A stretch of DNA of 64,000 nt. Source: an uncultured Actinomycetes bacterium. Its GTDB lineage: Bacteria; Actinomycetota; Acidimicrobiia; IMCC26256; PALSA-555. A model generated the notes under the pieces. The model was not told where the DNA came from. It worked only from the letters and a program-made list of their open reading frames with translations, and did no database searches. The DNA lies in contig CAWGDC010000006.1 in NCBI GenBank assembly GCA_963821325.1, positions 474,060 through 538,059 on the forward strand, written 5' to 3'. This document shows, piece by piece, positions 9,132-19,200 of the stretch; within the stretch, counting starts at the first letter, position 1, and every line of letters starts with the position of its first letter. A program made the position numbers and the translations under genes.

Positions 9132-9321
9132 GTGGGGGTCCTCTCTTGCTGACCGTTCGGCACCGGGACCGAGCCCGGACGTGTCCCTACGGTACGCCAC
9201 CCGCAGGGGTCGGCGACCACCGCGGGCGTGGGCCAGCGCTGCCGCGGGGGTGACCCGCCGACGGGCCGCCGGTGAGCCGGGGGCGACCCGGGCCGAGACC
9301 GAGCTCTGGCCGGTCGGGAGC

Positions 9322-9981
9322 TCAGAAGAGGCGCAGGTCGGGCGGCGCGTCGGCGCGCAACCCGTCGAGGTCGACCTCCCGGCACTCGACCCCACGACTC
9401 TCGGCGAACACCCTGGCCTGCGGTTTCACGCGGGTCGCGACGAGCATCGCCCGGATGGGGGCGAGCGAGCCGTCCCGGTCGAGGCGTTCCTTGTAGCGGA
9501 GCAGCTGCTCGACGCCGGCGATCTCGGCGACCCGCTTCACCTCGACCGCGACGGCGGTCCCGTCGCCGTCGCGGCACAACAAGTCGACGGGCCCGACGTC
9601 CGTCGGGTACTCGCGGCGCACGAGCCGCCAGTCGGCCCCGAGGGTCTGCACCTGCGCCGCCAGCAGCGCCTGCAGCTCCGCCTCCACACCGTCCTTCGCG
9701 AGGCCCGGGTCCTCACCGAGCTCGAAGGACGAATCGAAGACCACCTCGTGCAGCTCGACGGCCAGCCGCTCCCCGGCCGGGTTGGTGGCGACCAGCGTCC
9801 CGTCGGTCTCGACGATCGAGCACGGCGGGCTCATCCAATTGAGCGGCTTGTACGCCTTGGCGTCCGCGTGGATCGCGATCGACCCGTCGTCCTTCACGAG
9901 GATGAGGCGCCGCGCCTCGGGCAGGCGGGCGCCGAGCCGCCCGGTGTACACGACCGAGCACCGCGCCACGACCAGCCGCAC
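9322..9981 (-). CDS. nucS: endonuclease NucS (EndoMS)
   Basis: ORF 9322..9981(-). It begins MRLVVARCSVVYTGRLGARLPEARRLILVKDDGSIAIHAD and contains DLLCRD..G..VAVEVKR, matching NucS. Confidence 0.95.
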   Translation of the reverse strand: MRLVVARCSVVYTGRLGARLPEARRLILVKDDGSIAIHADAKAYKPLNWMSPPCSIVETDGTLVATNPAGERLAVELHEVVFDSSFELGEDPGLAKDGVEAELQALLAAQVQTLGADWRLVRREYPTDVGPVDLLCRDGDGTAVAVEVKRVAEIAGVEQLLRYKERLDRDGSLAPIRAMLVATRVKPQARVFAESRGVECREVDLDGLRADAPPDLRLF

Positions 9982-10059
9982 GGCGCGTTCGTACCACGCC
10001 CGCCACGGTGCCGGGATCTACGATGCCCCCGGCCCGACCGCCGACCGGGGGTGAGGCAC

Positions 10060-10578
10060 ATGCTGGCCACCTACAACAGCGACCTCTACAACATCGTGAA
10101 GGTGCTGCACATCCTGTGCGCCATCATCGGGTTCGGGGGTGTGCTGCTCAACGGCGTCTACGGCGCGCAGGCCAAAGCGCCGCGGCGGCCGCGAGGCCGC
10201 CGCGATCGGGCACGCCGTGTTTCGCGTGTCCACGATTGCCGAGTACTTCATCTACGCCGTGTTCCTCCTCGGCCTCGCGCTGGTCGGCCTCGGCAACAAC
10301 CTCTTCGACTTCGGCCAGACCTGGATCTGGCTGTCGATCGTCCTCTTCATCGCGGCGCTCGGCCTCTCGCACGGGGCGCTGCGCCCCGCGTCCGTCGCAT
10401 GAACGCGCTGCTCGACGAGCTCGCCGAGGTCCCCGCCCGTGGCAGCGGCCCGCCGCCGCAGGCCGCCGAGCTCGACGCGATCACGAAGCAGATCGCCATC
10501 GTGGAAGCCATCCTCGACGTGGTCTTCGTCGTCCTCCTGGTCTTCATGGTCTTCAAGCCCGGCGGGCCGCGCCTCTGA
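10060..10578 (+). pseudogene. small 4-TM membrane protein (DUF2269-like, tentative) with two compensating frameshifts
   Basis: ATG at 10060 (MLATYNSDLYNIVKVLHILCAIIGFGGVLLNGVYGAQAK). The sensible middle is in another frame (ORF 10139..10402: REAAAIGHAVFRVSTIAEYFIYAVFLLGLALVGLGNNLFDFGQTWIWLSIVLFIAALGLSHGAL). The C-terminus returns to the first frame (MNALLDELAEV...ILDVVFVVLLVFMVFKPGG*). The shifts are near 10175 and 10395. Confidence 0.6.
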
Positions 10579-10621
10579 CCGCGCCACCGGGCGCCACCGA
10601 CCCCGGCGCTACCGTGCCCTC

Positions 10622-10897
10622 GTGAACTTCTACGGCCAGGTGCTGCTCGAGCTGACGACCGCGCTCGGCGCGGCGCTGTTCGTCGCCAACGCGTACGCGC
10701 TGCTCCGACGCGGCGCGGACCGACAACGCGCCGCGCGGGAATCCGCGTCCCGGTCCCGTCCCGGCAGCCCCGTCCGCAAGCAGGTCCGTGTCGCCACGAC
10801 CGGCAACCTGCCGCAGGCGCCCGTGGCCCGGACCGCGACGTTCATGGTGCTCGGCCTTGGCGTCGCGATCGTCGGTCTCGCCTCGCTCACGCACTGA
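10622..10897 (+). CDS. hypothetical small membrane protein
   Basis: GTG at 10622 in the frame of ORF 10439..10897. Two hydrophobic segments (LLELTTALGAALFVANAYALL and TFMVLGLGVAIVGLASL). No family recognised. Confidence 0.35.
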   Translation: MNFYGQVLLELTTALGAALFVANAYALLRRGADRQRAARESASRSRPGSPVRKQVRVATTGNLPQAPVARTATFMVLGLGVAIVGLASLTH

Positions 10898-11027
10898 CCG
10901 CCCGGATCAGCCGGCGCCGCACCGGCGTTGCACGCCGTCGCCGAGGACGAGGATGATGGCGGACCAGCGACGAACAGGCCCCCATGCCGCGCAGCGAGAT
11001 CGACACCCGCACGGCGCCGCGCTGACC

Positions 11028-12652
11028 ATGCCCCGCGACGTCCTGCACGACCTCGTCACGACCCCCGCGCGCCGCGGCGAGTACCTCCGCCTCGGCCACT
11101 GGGACGACCGCACCCTCGCCGGGCAGGTCCGCCGCCACGCGGCGACACGACCCGATCGTCCCGCCGTGATCGACGACGCCGACCGGATCCACACCTACCG
11201 GGACCTGGCGAGCGACGCCGGCCGCGTCGCGGCCCAGCTGGCGGCGCGGGCGTGGAGGCCGGCGACGTCGTGTCCGTCCAGCTCCCGAACTGGTACGAGA
11301 CCGTCGTCGTCGCGGTCGCCGTCCAGGCCGTGGGCGCCGTCATCAACCCGCTGCTGCCCAACTACCGACGTCGGGAGCTGCACCCACGTCTTCACGACGG
11401 CCCGTCCCGCCGCCATCGTCACGCCCACCGAGTACCGCGGCTTCGACCACGTGGCCCTCGTCGACGAGGTGGTCGCCGCCACCGGTGTGGCCCCCCACCA
11501 CGTCGCGCGTCGGCCCGAGCGGTTCCCGCGGCGTGACCCTGGAGGAGCTCCGCAGCGGGCCCGACACGCCGCTCGGCCCCGGCCCGAACGCCGCGGCGGT
11601 GTCCGAGCTCATCTTCACGTCGGGGACCGAGGCCAGCCCGAAGGCGATCATGCACACCGAGCAGACGGCCAACTTCAGCGTGCGCGTCGCCTACCGCGAT
11701 CTCGGCCTGACCGGCGACGACGTCGTGTGGATGCCGTCGCCCGTCGGCCACTCCACCGGCTTCAACTACGGGCTGCGCTTCGCGCTCTACCACGGGCTGC
11801 CGCTCGTGCTGCAGGACCGGTGGGACGCCGCCGCGGCGATCCGTCTCGCCCGCGACCATCACGCCACCTACACCCTGGCCGCCACCACGTTCCTCCAGGA
11901 CCTCGTCGAGGAGGCCGGCCGGTGCCGCGTGCGGCTCCCCGAGCTGCGCTGCTTCGGCTGCGGCGGCGCGCCCGTCCCGCCGGACCTCGTCCACGCCGCC
12001 GGCGACGTCGGCATCAACGTCCTGCGCCTCTACGGCTCCACCGAGGTGCTCGTCGCGACGTGGAACCGGCCCGGCAGCCCAGCCCGGCAACGCACGGACA
12101 CCGACGGCGTGGCGATGAGCGACGTCGAGGTCGAGATCCGACGACGACGATGGGACGACCGCCCCCACGGGCGAACCCGGCGAGATCTACGTGCGCGGTC
12201 CGAACACCTGCGTCGGGTTCTTCCGCGACGCCGAGCGGACGGCCGCCACCTTCGACGACGCCGGCTGGGTGCGCAGCGGCGACCTCGGGGTGCTCGACGG
12301 CGCCGGCGTCTGACGGTCAGCGGACGCAAGAAGGAGATCATCATCCGCGGGGGCGTCAACATCGCGCCCCGCGAGATCGAGGAGCTGCTCGTCGCCTTGC
12401 CCGAGGTCGAGCGGGCCGCCGTCGTCGGCCTCCCCGATCGCCGCCTCGGGCGAGCGGGGCTGCGCCTGCCTGGTCCTGCGCCCCGGCGCGACGCTGACCT
12501 TCGAGACCCTCGTGGCGCGGCTCCGCGACACCGGCCTCGCGACCTACAAGCTGCCCGAGTCCCTGGCGATCCTCGACGCCCTGCCGACCACCGCGTCCGG
12601 CAAGGTGCAGAAGCACGAGATCGTCCGCGCGCTGACGAACGGCTCCTCGTGA
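11028..12652 (+). pseudogene. acyl-CoA synthetase / AMP-dependent ligase, about 6 frameshifts as written
   Basis: ATG at 11028. AMP-binding motifs are spread over three frames: IFTSGTEASPKAIMHTEQ, GEPGEIYVRGPNTCVGFFRD, SGRKKEIIIRGGVNIAPREIEE and LPTTASGKVQKHEI. Frame switches are near 11245, 11378, 11505, 12145, 12308 and 12460, several of them in short G or C runs. The span is 1625 nt, not a multiple of 3. Confidence 0.85.
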
Positions 12653-13468
12653 CCGCCCGCGACGCCCCGCTCGTCGTCGAGCGCCACGACCTCGGTGACG
12701 GCGCGACCGCGGCGGTGCTGCGCCTGAACCGTCCGGCGTCCCTGAACGCCATCGACTGGGACACGGTGCGCGCCCTCGACGCCGCCATCACCGACGTCGA
12801 CCGACGACGACGGCGTCCGGGTCGTCCTCGTGACCGGCACCGGCCGGGCCTTCAGCGGCGGCGGCGACCTGCAGAGCTACGTGACGCTCCAGCGCGACCC
12901 GGTCGCGTTCCCGCAGTTCGTCGCCGAGCTGCACACCACGTCTTCGGGCGGCTTCGTCGCCTCGCCGAGCCGGTGATCGCCCTCGTCAACGGCGTCACCG
13001 CCGCGGCGGGCCTCGAGCTGGTCCTCAACTGCGACTTCGCGCTCATCGCCCGGTCGGCGCGGATCGGCGACGCGCACCTCAACTTCGGGCAGATGGGCGG
13101 CGGTGGGGTGCTCACGCTCCTGCCGCGGGCGATCGGTCGGGCCCGGGCCACCGAGCTCCTCTTCACCGGCCGCTTCCTCGACGCCGACGACGCCGTCGCC
13201 TGGGGCCTGGCCACCCGCGTGGTCGACGACGGCGAGCTCCTCGACGCCGGCCTCGAGCTGGCGCGGGGCATCGCCGCGAAGAGCGCCCTGGCGCTGGCCA
13301 ACGCGAAGGAGGTGCTCGAGACGGTGTGGTCCCGCAACGCCAGCGTCGACGACGGCCTCGCGTACGAGCTCGAGCGCAACGCCGACTACTGCCTGACGTC
13401 CTACGACGCCCGCGAGGGCCTGGCTCGCCTTCGCCGAGAAGCGAGCACCCCGCTTCGAGGGCCGATGA
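12649..13468 (+). pseudogene. enoyl-CoA hydratase/isomerase family protein, about 3 frameshifts
   Basis: GTG at 12649 overlaps the preceding stop. The pieces are LRLNRPASLNAID, then (shifted) DDDGVRVVLVTGTGRAFSGGGDLQ, then back to PVIALVNGVTAAAGLELVLNCDFALI. The C-terminus GLAAFAEKRAPRFEGR* is in a third frame. The shifts are near 12800, 12945 and 13425. Confidence 0.85.
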
Positions 13469-13867
13469 GCCCCGAGACGGCGTCCGCCGCGCCCGAGGCC
13501 GACGCCGACAGCCAGTTCTACTGGGACGGCCTCCGCCGCCACCAGCTGCTCGTGCAGCAGTGCGCGAGCGTGCGGCGAGCACCGCTTCCCGCCGCTGCCC
13601 GCCTGCCCGGCCTGCGGAACCCCCGGCGGCACCGTCGTCGAGGTGGACGCGCGCGGGCGTGTCTACTCGTGGATCGTCGTGCACCGCGCCCTCGTCGACC
13701 GGTTCGCCGACGAGGTCCCGTACACGATCGTCGTCGTCGAGCTGGAGGCCGGATGCCGCGTGGTCGCACGGCTCGACCCGGCGACCGCGGTCGCCGCCGA
13801 CCTGCCCGTGCTCGGGCACTACGTCGACCACGGCGACTGGACCGAGCTGCGGTTCCGGGCGGCGTGA
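13465..13867 (+). pseudogene. DUF35 Zn-ribbon/OB-fold acyl-CoA-associated protein, 1 frameshift
   Basis: ATG at 13465 overlaps the preceding stop (ATGA). FYWDGLRRHQLLVQQCAS is followed, after a shift near 13570, by CGEHRFPPLPACPACG...RGRVYSWIVVH...VVVELEAG (ORF 13643..13867). Confidence 0.8.
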
Positions 13868-15019
13868 CCCGTCCCGCCCGCGCCGCGATCGCCGGGGTCG
13901 GCTACTCGCCGCTCACGCGCCGCTCCGGTCGCAGCGTCCTGGCGCAGGCCCTCGAGGCGTGCCGCGACGCGCTCGACGACGCGGGCCTCGCCCCGTCGGC
14001 GGTCGACGGCATCGCGAGCTTCATGCTCCTCCACGACTCCGTGCCGGCGCAGGCGGTCGCCACCGGCCTCGCCGTCCCCGGCCTGCGCTTCGCCGTCGAC
14101 GCGCAGCTCGGCGGCCAGGCGCCCTGCTACCTCGTCGGCCTCGCCGCGGCCGCCGTCGAAGGTGGCCACGCCGACGCCGTCCTCGTGTTCCGCGCCTGAA
14201 CGGCCGATCCGGCGCCCGCGTCGGCACGATGGCGTTCCCCGGCCCGGCCGCCCAGTACCGCTACCCGATCGGGTACGACGCCTACCTCATGTACGTCGCG
14301 ATGTGGGCCCAGCGGTTCCTGCTCGAGACGGGGCAAGGCCCCGAGGACCTCGGCGCGGTCGCGGTCGCGCAGCGGGCGTGGGCCGCCGACAACCCGCGGG
14401 CCGTCAAGCGCCAGCCGCTGAGCCTGGACGAGTACCTCGCCGCGCCGCTCGTCGTCGAGCCGTTCCGCGCCGACGACTGCACGACCGAGGTCGACGGCGC
14501 CTGCGCCGTGCTGGTCACCTCGCTCGAGCGGGCCCGGGACCTGCGCCACCCCCCGGCGAGCGTCGCGTCCTGGGCGTACCGAGCCGGCCCCCGGTCCGGC
14601 CTCGACATCGGTGACCATCTGCTGTGGCGGGACTACACGCGCAACTACACGACGTATCTGCGCGACGAGCTCTTCGCGGGGCGGGCGTCGTGCCGGCCGA
14701 CGTCGAGGTCGCCGAGATCTACGACTGCTTCACGAGCACCGTCCTCATGGGCCTCGAAGGGCTCGGCCTCACCGGACGGGGAGAGTCCGGCGGGCTCGTG
14801 CGCAGCGGCAGCACCGCCCGCGAGGGACGGCTACCGGTGAACACCCACGGCGGGCTCCTCGCCGAGGGCTACCTCCACGGGATGAACACCGTCGCCGAGG
14901 CCGCGCTCCAGGTCCAGGGCCGCGGCGGCCCGCGACAGGTGCCTCGTCACGACGTGTGCGTCGTCACCTCCGGCGCGCTCATGGACGGGTCGGCCCTCCT
15001 CCTCACCACGGACCGCTGA
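13864..15019 (+). pseudogene. thiolase-like lipid-transfer (Ltp/SCP-x type) protein, 2 frameshifts
   Basis: GTG at 13864 overlaps the preceding stop. AAIAGVGYSPLTRRSG is followed by shifts near 14195 and 14680. The C-terminus PVNTHGGLLAEGYLHGMNTVAEAALQ is in ORF 14624..15019. Confidence 0.8.
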
Positions 15020-15100
15020 CCGCCGCGGCACTCGGGCCGCGTGTGGCCCCGCTGGCGACGCCCGCGGGTCAGCAGCGCGCGACCTGCAGCGACAGTTTGG

Positions 15101-15177
15101 AGCGGGTGACGGGAATCGAACCCGGGTTCTCAGCTTGGGAACGGGCCACTGATGTGCTGACCTCGCCTACATGCCGC
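15101..15177 (-). pseudogene. degenerate tRNA-Gly copy (3-prime 41 nt nearly identical to tRNA-Gly at 15938-16008)
   Basis: 15101-15141 matches 15938-15978 at 40/41 positions (T-arm through anticodon loop TTCCCAA). The 5-prime half is only loosely related, with about 6 extra nt, and neither the acceptor stem nor the anticodon stem can pair. Confidence 0.6.
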
Positions 15178-15790
15178 CGCGGAACATGATCTGGTTGCGC
15201 ACCGCTCGGGCGATCATCGGCAGCACCGCGGGCTCGGTGACGCCGGCCGGGATCACCTCGCCGGCGACGATGAGCTGGGCACGCTCCATCAGCGGTCCCC
15301 AGGCCGGGGGTTCGCTCCCGGCGTACACCCGCGGGCGCGGCTCTGGGCCGTCGAGCCCCGTCTTGCCCCAGTGCTTGCCGGCCACGAGGATCGCGCCGAG
15401 CGCGGCGTCGCGCAGCGGGGGCGCCTGGCTGCCGCCGAGCGAGGTCTCCATGCGATGGAACACCGCGTCGCGCGCCGCGACATCGCGCACCTTGTAGCAC
15501 GGCAGGTTCCCCGTCGGGATGAGCCCGAGCAGCTTCTTGCGGGGCTCGTCAGCCTCGAGGCGCCCTGCCGCGACCAGCGGGTCGACGACCCGCTCCAACG
15601 CCCGTGAGGTCTCGCGCCGGATCGCGTGCACGAACTCGTCCTCGCTCGGCGCCGGGCCACCGTCCACCCACTCCTCTGCGAGCAGCGCACCGCAGATCGT
15701 GCTCCGCGAGCCGTCGTGTGCATACCCGATCTGGCGCCACTTGTCCGCCGGCAGCATGAGCAGCACCAGCTCGTCGGCGAACTCACCCAT
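15167..15790 (-). CDS. GPP34 (GOLPH3-like) family protein
   Basis: ATG at 15790 inside ORF 15167..16117(-). Key strings are MGEFADELVLLMLPAD..., LVAAGRLEADEPRKKLLGLIPTGNLPCYKVRD and PLRDAALGAILVAG, which fit the GPP34 pattern. Third-position GC is high. Confidence 0.65.
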   Translation of the reverse strand: MGEFADELVLLMLPADKWRQIGYAHDGSRSTICGALLAEEWVDGGPAPSEDEFVHAIRRETSRALERVVDPLVAAGRLEADEPRKKLLGLIPTGNLPCYKVRDVAARDAVFHRMETSLGGSQAPPLRDAALGAILVAGKHWGKTGLDGPEPRPRVYAGSEPPAWGPLMERAQLIVAGEVIPAGVTEPAVLPMIARAVRNQIMFRGGM

Positions 15791-15937
15791 GCGCGTCTCC
15801 TGGGTGGCCCTCGATTCGCATGCCCCGATCCTGCACCGCCGCGCGCGGCGGGCCCTGAGTAGGCGGTACTCAGTCGGCGAAGGCCGTTCCCCCGAATGGA
15901 GAGGGCGCAGCGGAGCGCTCAACCCGTCGTGCAACGG

Positions 15938-16008
15938 AGCGGGTGACGGGAATCGAACCCGCGTTCTCAGCTTGGGAAGCTGATGTTCTGCCGCTGAACT
16001 ACACCCGC
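15938..16008 (-). tRNA. tRNA-Gly (anticodon CCC)
   Basis: Hand fold of the reverse complement: acceptor GCGGGTG/CACCCGC, anticodon arm TCAGC-TTCCCAA-GCTGA, T-arm GCGGG-TTCGATT-CCCGT. 71 nt, no encoded CCA. Confidence 0.9.
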
Positions 16009-16135
16009 GCGTGGCCGGCGAGGCTAGCAAACGGCCTCGAAACCGACTCTTCGTGGTGCAACGCGCGGGTCGTCCGCGTGCCCGGTGGTCGGTCGCTCGG
16101 GCGGGACGCGGGACCAACCGTGGGGGTTGAGGCCG

Positions 16136-16918
16136 CTACCGCGCGGCCGGGTTCGTGACGAACTGACTCATGGGTGTGGTGTCGATGTGGATGAACCCGC
16201 GGAACGGGTAGTCGAGCCCGGCGACGAGGGCGAGCGTCATCGACAGTGCGATGGCGAGGGCCGCCAGGATGAGCAGGTGGGAGCGGCGATGGCGGGTGTC
16301 CATGGCCGCGGCGACCGCGAGCGTGGTGGCGGCGAGCACGGCGAGGATCGCGAACAGGGGAGCGGGGATCGTGGCCGTGGCCGCGTTCGTGAGCCGGCTC
16401 CGCGTCTGTGACACCTGGCCGAGCGCGGTGAGGATCTGCTGGTAGGCGGCCTGGTCGGACGCGGCGTGGGGTTCGATCGTCGCGACGACCCGGTAGAGCT
16501 GGTCGAGCGACGCGTCGGCCCGCGGGCTGGGCTGGGAGGTGCGCTCCAGGTACGGGAGCCCGTCACGCAGGTCCTCCTCGGCGTAGCGAAGCGCGGCGGC
16601 GCGGATGGCGGCGCCGTCCCGCCCGGGGAGGTTGCGACTGTTCTCGACCACGATGCTCAGCTCAGCGGCCTTGTCGGAGACCTGCGACTGGGCGCTGCGG
16701 AGCTGGGTGTACTCGTCGACGATCACGAAGGCGACGAGGACGGCGTAGATCGTCGCGAGCGCCTGCAGGGTGGTCGCCGCCGTCGGACCCGCACGGGCTC
16801 GGACGTCCGGCTGCAGCCGGCGGCGCAGGAGGCTGTCGACGCCGATCGTGAAGAGGAGCGCGCCGAAGGCGAACAGCGTGAAGAGCGCCCAGGCGGGCAA
16901 CGACCCGATCCAGGTCAT
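16136..16918 (-). CDS. DUF4239-like membrane protein
   Basis: ORF 16136..16918(-), 260 aa. TM helices lie at both ends around a soluble helical middle. The family call is tentative. Confidence 0.6.
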   Translation of the reverse strand: MTWIGSLPAWALFTLFAFGALLFTIGVDSLLRRRLQPDVRARAGPTAATTLQALATIYAVLVAFVIVDEYTQLRSAQSQVSDKAAELSIVVENSRNLPGRDGAAIRAAALRYAEEDLRDGLPYLERTSQPSPRADASLDQLYRVVATIEPHAASDQAAYQQILTALGQVSQTRSRLTNAATATIPAPLFAILAVLAATTLAVAAAMDTRHRRSHLLILAALAIALSMTLALVAGLDYPFRGFIHIDTTPMSQFVTNPAAR

Positions 16919-16921
16919 GGG

Positions 16922-19145
16922 TCAGGCAGACGGCGAGTCGGCCCGGGCCGGCTGGCCCGATGTCGAGCCGTGGTCGAGCGCGTCGAGCAGCACCTCGGCG
17001 ATGTCTTGGACCCGGACGTCGTCGTCGCGCTGGGCTTCCTTCACGCCGTCCTCGAGCATCACGTAGCAGAAGGGGCACGCGACGGCGATGCGGCTCGCCC
17101 CCGTCGCCAGCGCCTCCTGGGACCGCTCGGTGTTGACCTTCTTCCCGACGTGCTCCTCCATCCACATCCGGGCTCCGCCGGCGCCGCAGCACATCCCGCG
17201 TGTGCCGTTGCGGGGCATCTCGACGATCTCGATGCCGCGCAGCGACCCGACGACACGGCGTGGAGCGAGGTATACGTCGTTGTGACGGCCCAGGTAGCAG
17301 GAGTCGTGGTACGTCACCCGCTCCTCGAGCGAGGCACCGTCGAGGTTGAGTCGACCGTCGTCGATGAGTTCCATCAGCAGCTGCGAGTGGTGCACGACCT
17401 CGTAGTTCCCACCGAGCTGCGGGTACTCGTTCTTCAGCGTGTTGAAGCAGTGCGGGCACTGGGTGATGACCTTGCGGACGCCGAGCCCGTTCAACACCTC
17501 GATGTTCTGCATCGCCAGCATCTGGAAGATGTACTCGTTGCCCGACCGGCGAGCCGGGTCGCCCGTGCACAGCTCGCTCGGCCCGAGAATCGCGAAGTCG
17601 AGCCCGGCGCGCTGCAGCAGCGTGGCGACGGCCCGGCTGGCCCGCTTGTTGCGGTCGTCGAAGCTGCCGGCGCAGCCGACCCAGTACAGGTACTCGTGCT
17701 CGAGCGGGCCCGACGCGTCGATGATCGGTACGCCGTCGAGGTCGCGGGACCAGTCGGCCCGGTCCCCCTGGTTCATCCCGTAGACGTTCGCCGGAGTTCT
17801 CCATGGACCGGTAGGTGTTGCCCAGCTCGGTCGGGAAGTTGCTCTCCATCAGCGTCAGGTAGCGCCGCATGTCGAGGATCTTGTCGAGGATCTCGATGTC
17901 CACCGGGCAGATCTCGTCGCAGGCCTTGCAGGTCGTGCAGGCCCAGAGCTCGTCCGGCGTGATGCGCTCGAACACCGAGTCGGCACCGATCGTGATGTCA
18001 CGGTCGACGCCGACGGGGGGCGCGACGACCGGGTCACCGGTCGCGGCCATCACCTCCCCGACCTTCAGGACGATCTCGCGCGGGTCGAGCGGCTTCCCGG
18101 TGGCGTGCGCCGGACACACGGACGTGCACCGGCCACAGATCGTGCAGGCGTCCGTGTCGAACAGCTGCTTCCACGTGAAGTCCTCGACGGTCGAGGCCCC
18201 GAACGTCTCGAGCTCGGTCTCCATCAGGTTCGGCATCGGCCGCATCGCACCCTTCGGACGTTCCCGATCCCGCAGGTACATGTTCATCGGTGACGTGAAC
18301 ATGTGGCGCAGCTTCGTGGCCGGCAGGATCACCAGGAAGGCGACGAACGCCGCGGCGTGCACGATCCACATCGTGCGGTGCAGGTCCGACAGGGTGCTGT
18401 GCGACCAGTGCGCCCACAGGGCCGAGAGTCCCCAGCCGACGAAGGACCACTCCTCGAAATGGGGTCGGCCCTCCAGCGCGATCCGGAACCCCTCGATGAG
18501 GAATCCGGTGACCCCGATCAGGAGGAGCGTCCCCAGGATCACCGCGTCCTCGGGCTTGGTCTTGATCCGGATCCGGTAGGGCCGTACCAGGTAGCGGCGG
18601 CCGACCGCCCAGACGAGCCCGATGATGAAGACGATCCCGAAGAGGTTCGCGGTGGCCTTGTACGACTCGTAGACCGTGCCGTGCAGGAACTTCAGCGCCG
18701 GCGGCATCTGGTGGTCGATCTCGAGCACGACCGTCGCCGCGAACAGCACGAGGAACCCGAAGTAGATGCAGGCGTGCATGAGCCCGGCGGTCGGGTCCCG
18801 CAAGAGGGTGCGCATCCACACGCCCGACCGGAAGTCCCGGAGCCGGCGGTGCACGTTCGCACGAGTCGTGCGGCGGTCGTCCGGTCCGCCGCGCAGGTAG
18901 TTGCGGACCCGGGTCGAGGCGAGCCAGGCGCAGACGACGAGCATCACGGCGACGGTGCCGTAGAACAGCCAGTAGACGGGGTCGGGGATGTCGAAGAACG
19001 TCGTGCGGGACACCCGCGAGGTGTCGGTCCACTGCGTCACCCGCGGGATCACGCCGGAGGCGATCGTTCCCGCGGCGACGAGGACGCCAAGGAGGAGGAC
19101 GAGCTGGCTCGGCTTCAGCGGGAAGCGGCGCCGCACGCTGAGCAA
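16922..19145 (-). CDS. fused membrane / 4Fe-4S / CCG-domain iron-sulfur reductase (Rv0338c-like), apparent 1-nt insertion near 17790
   Basis: The N-terminal 450 aa of ORF 16662..19145(-) hold a polytopic membrane domain and two ferredoxin-type Cys clusters (CTICGRCTSVCP, CTTCKACDEICP). The sequence continues after NTYRSMENSG in ORF 16922..17776(-), which has two CCG motifs (WVGCAG, HDSCYLGR, CCGAGG). The span is 2224 nt. Confidence 0.85.
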
Positions 19146-19200
19146 CCTAGCGCCGGCCTGTTGCCGCGGCGGGATGGTGCGGGCGCGGTCGCCCGCCGGC

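Noticed and set aside
9001-10578. 525-aa plus-strand ORF as a single gene.
   Set aside because: The first 350 aa or so are antisense to tatA and nucS. Only 10060-10578 has coding character, and even that needs two frame corrections.
15101-15177. A second functional tRNA-Gly.
   Set aside because: The acceptor stem (GCGGCAT vs CACCCGC) and the anticodon stem cannot pair, and there are about 6 extra nt. It is called a degenerate copy instead.
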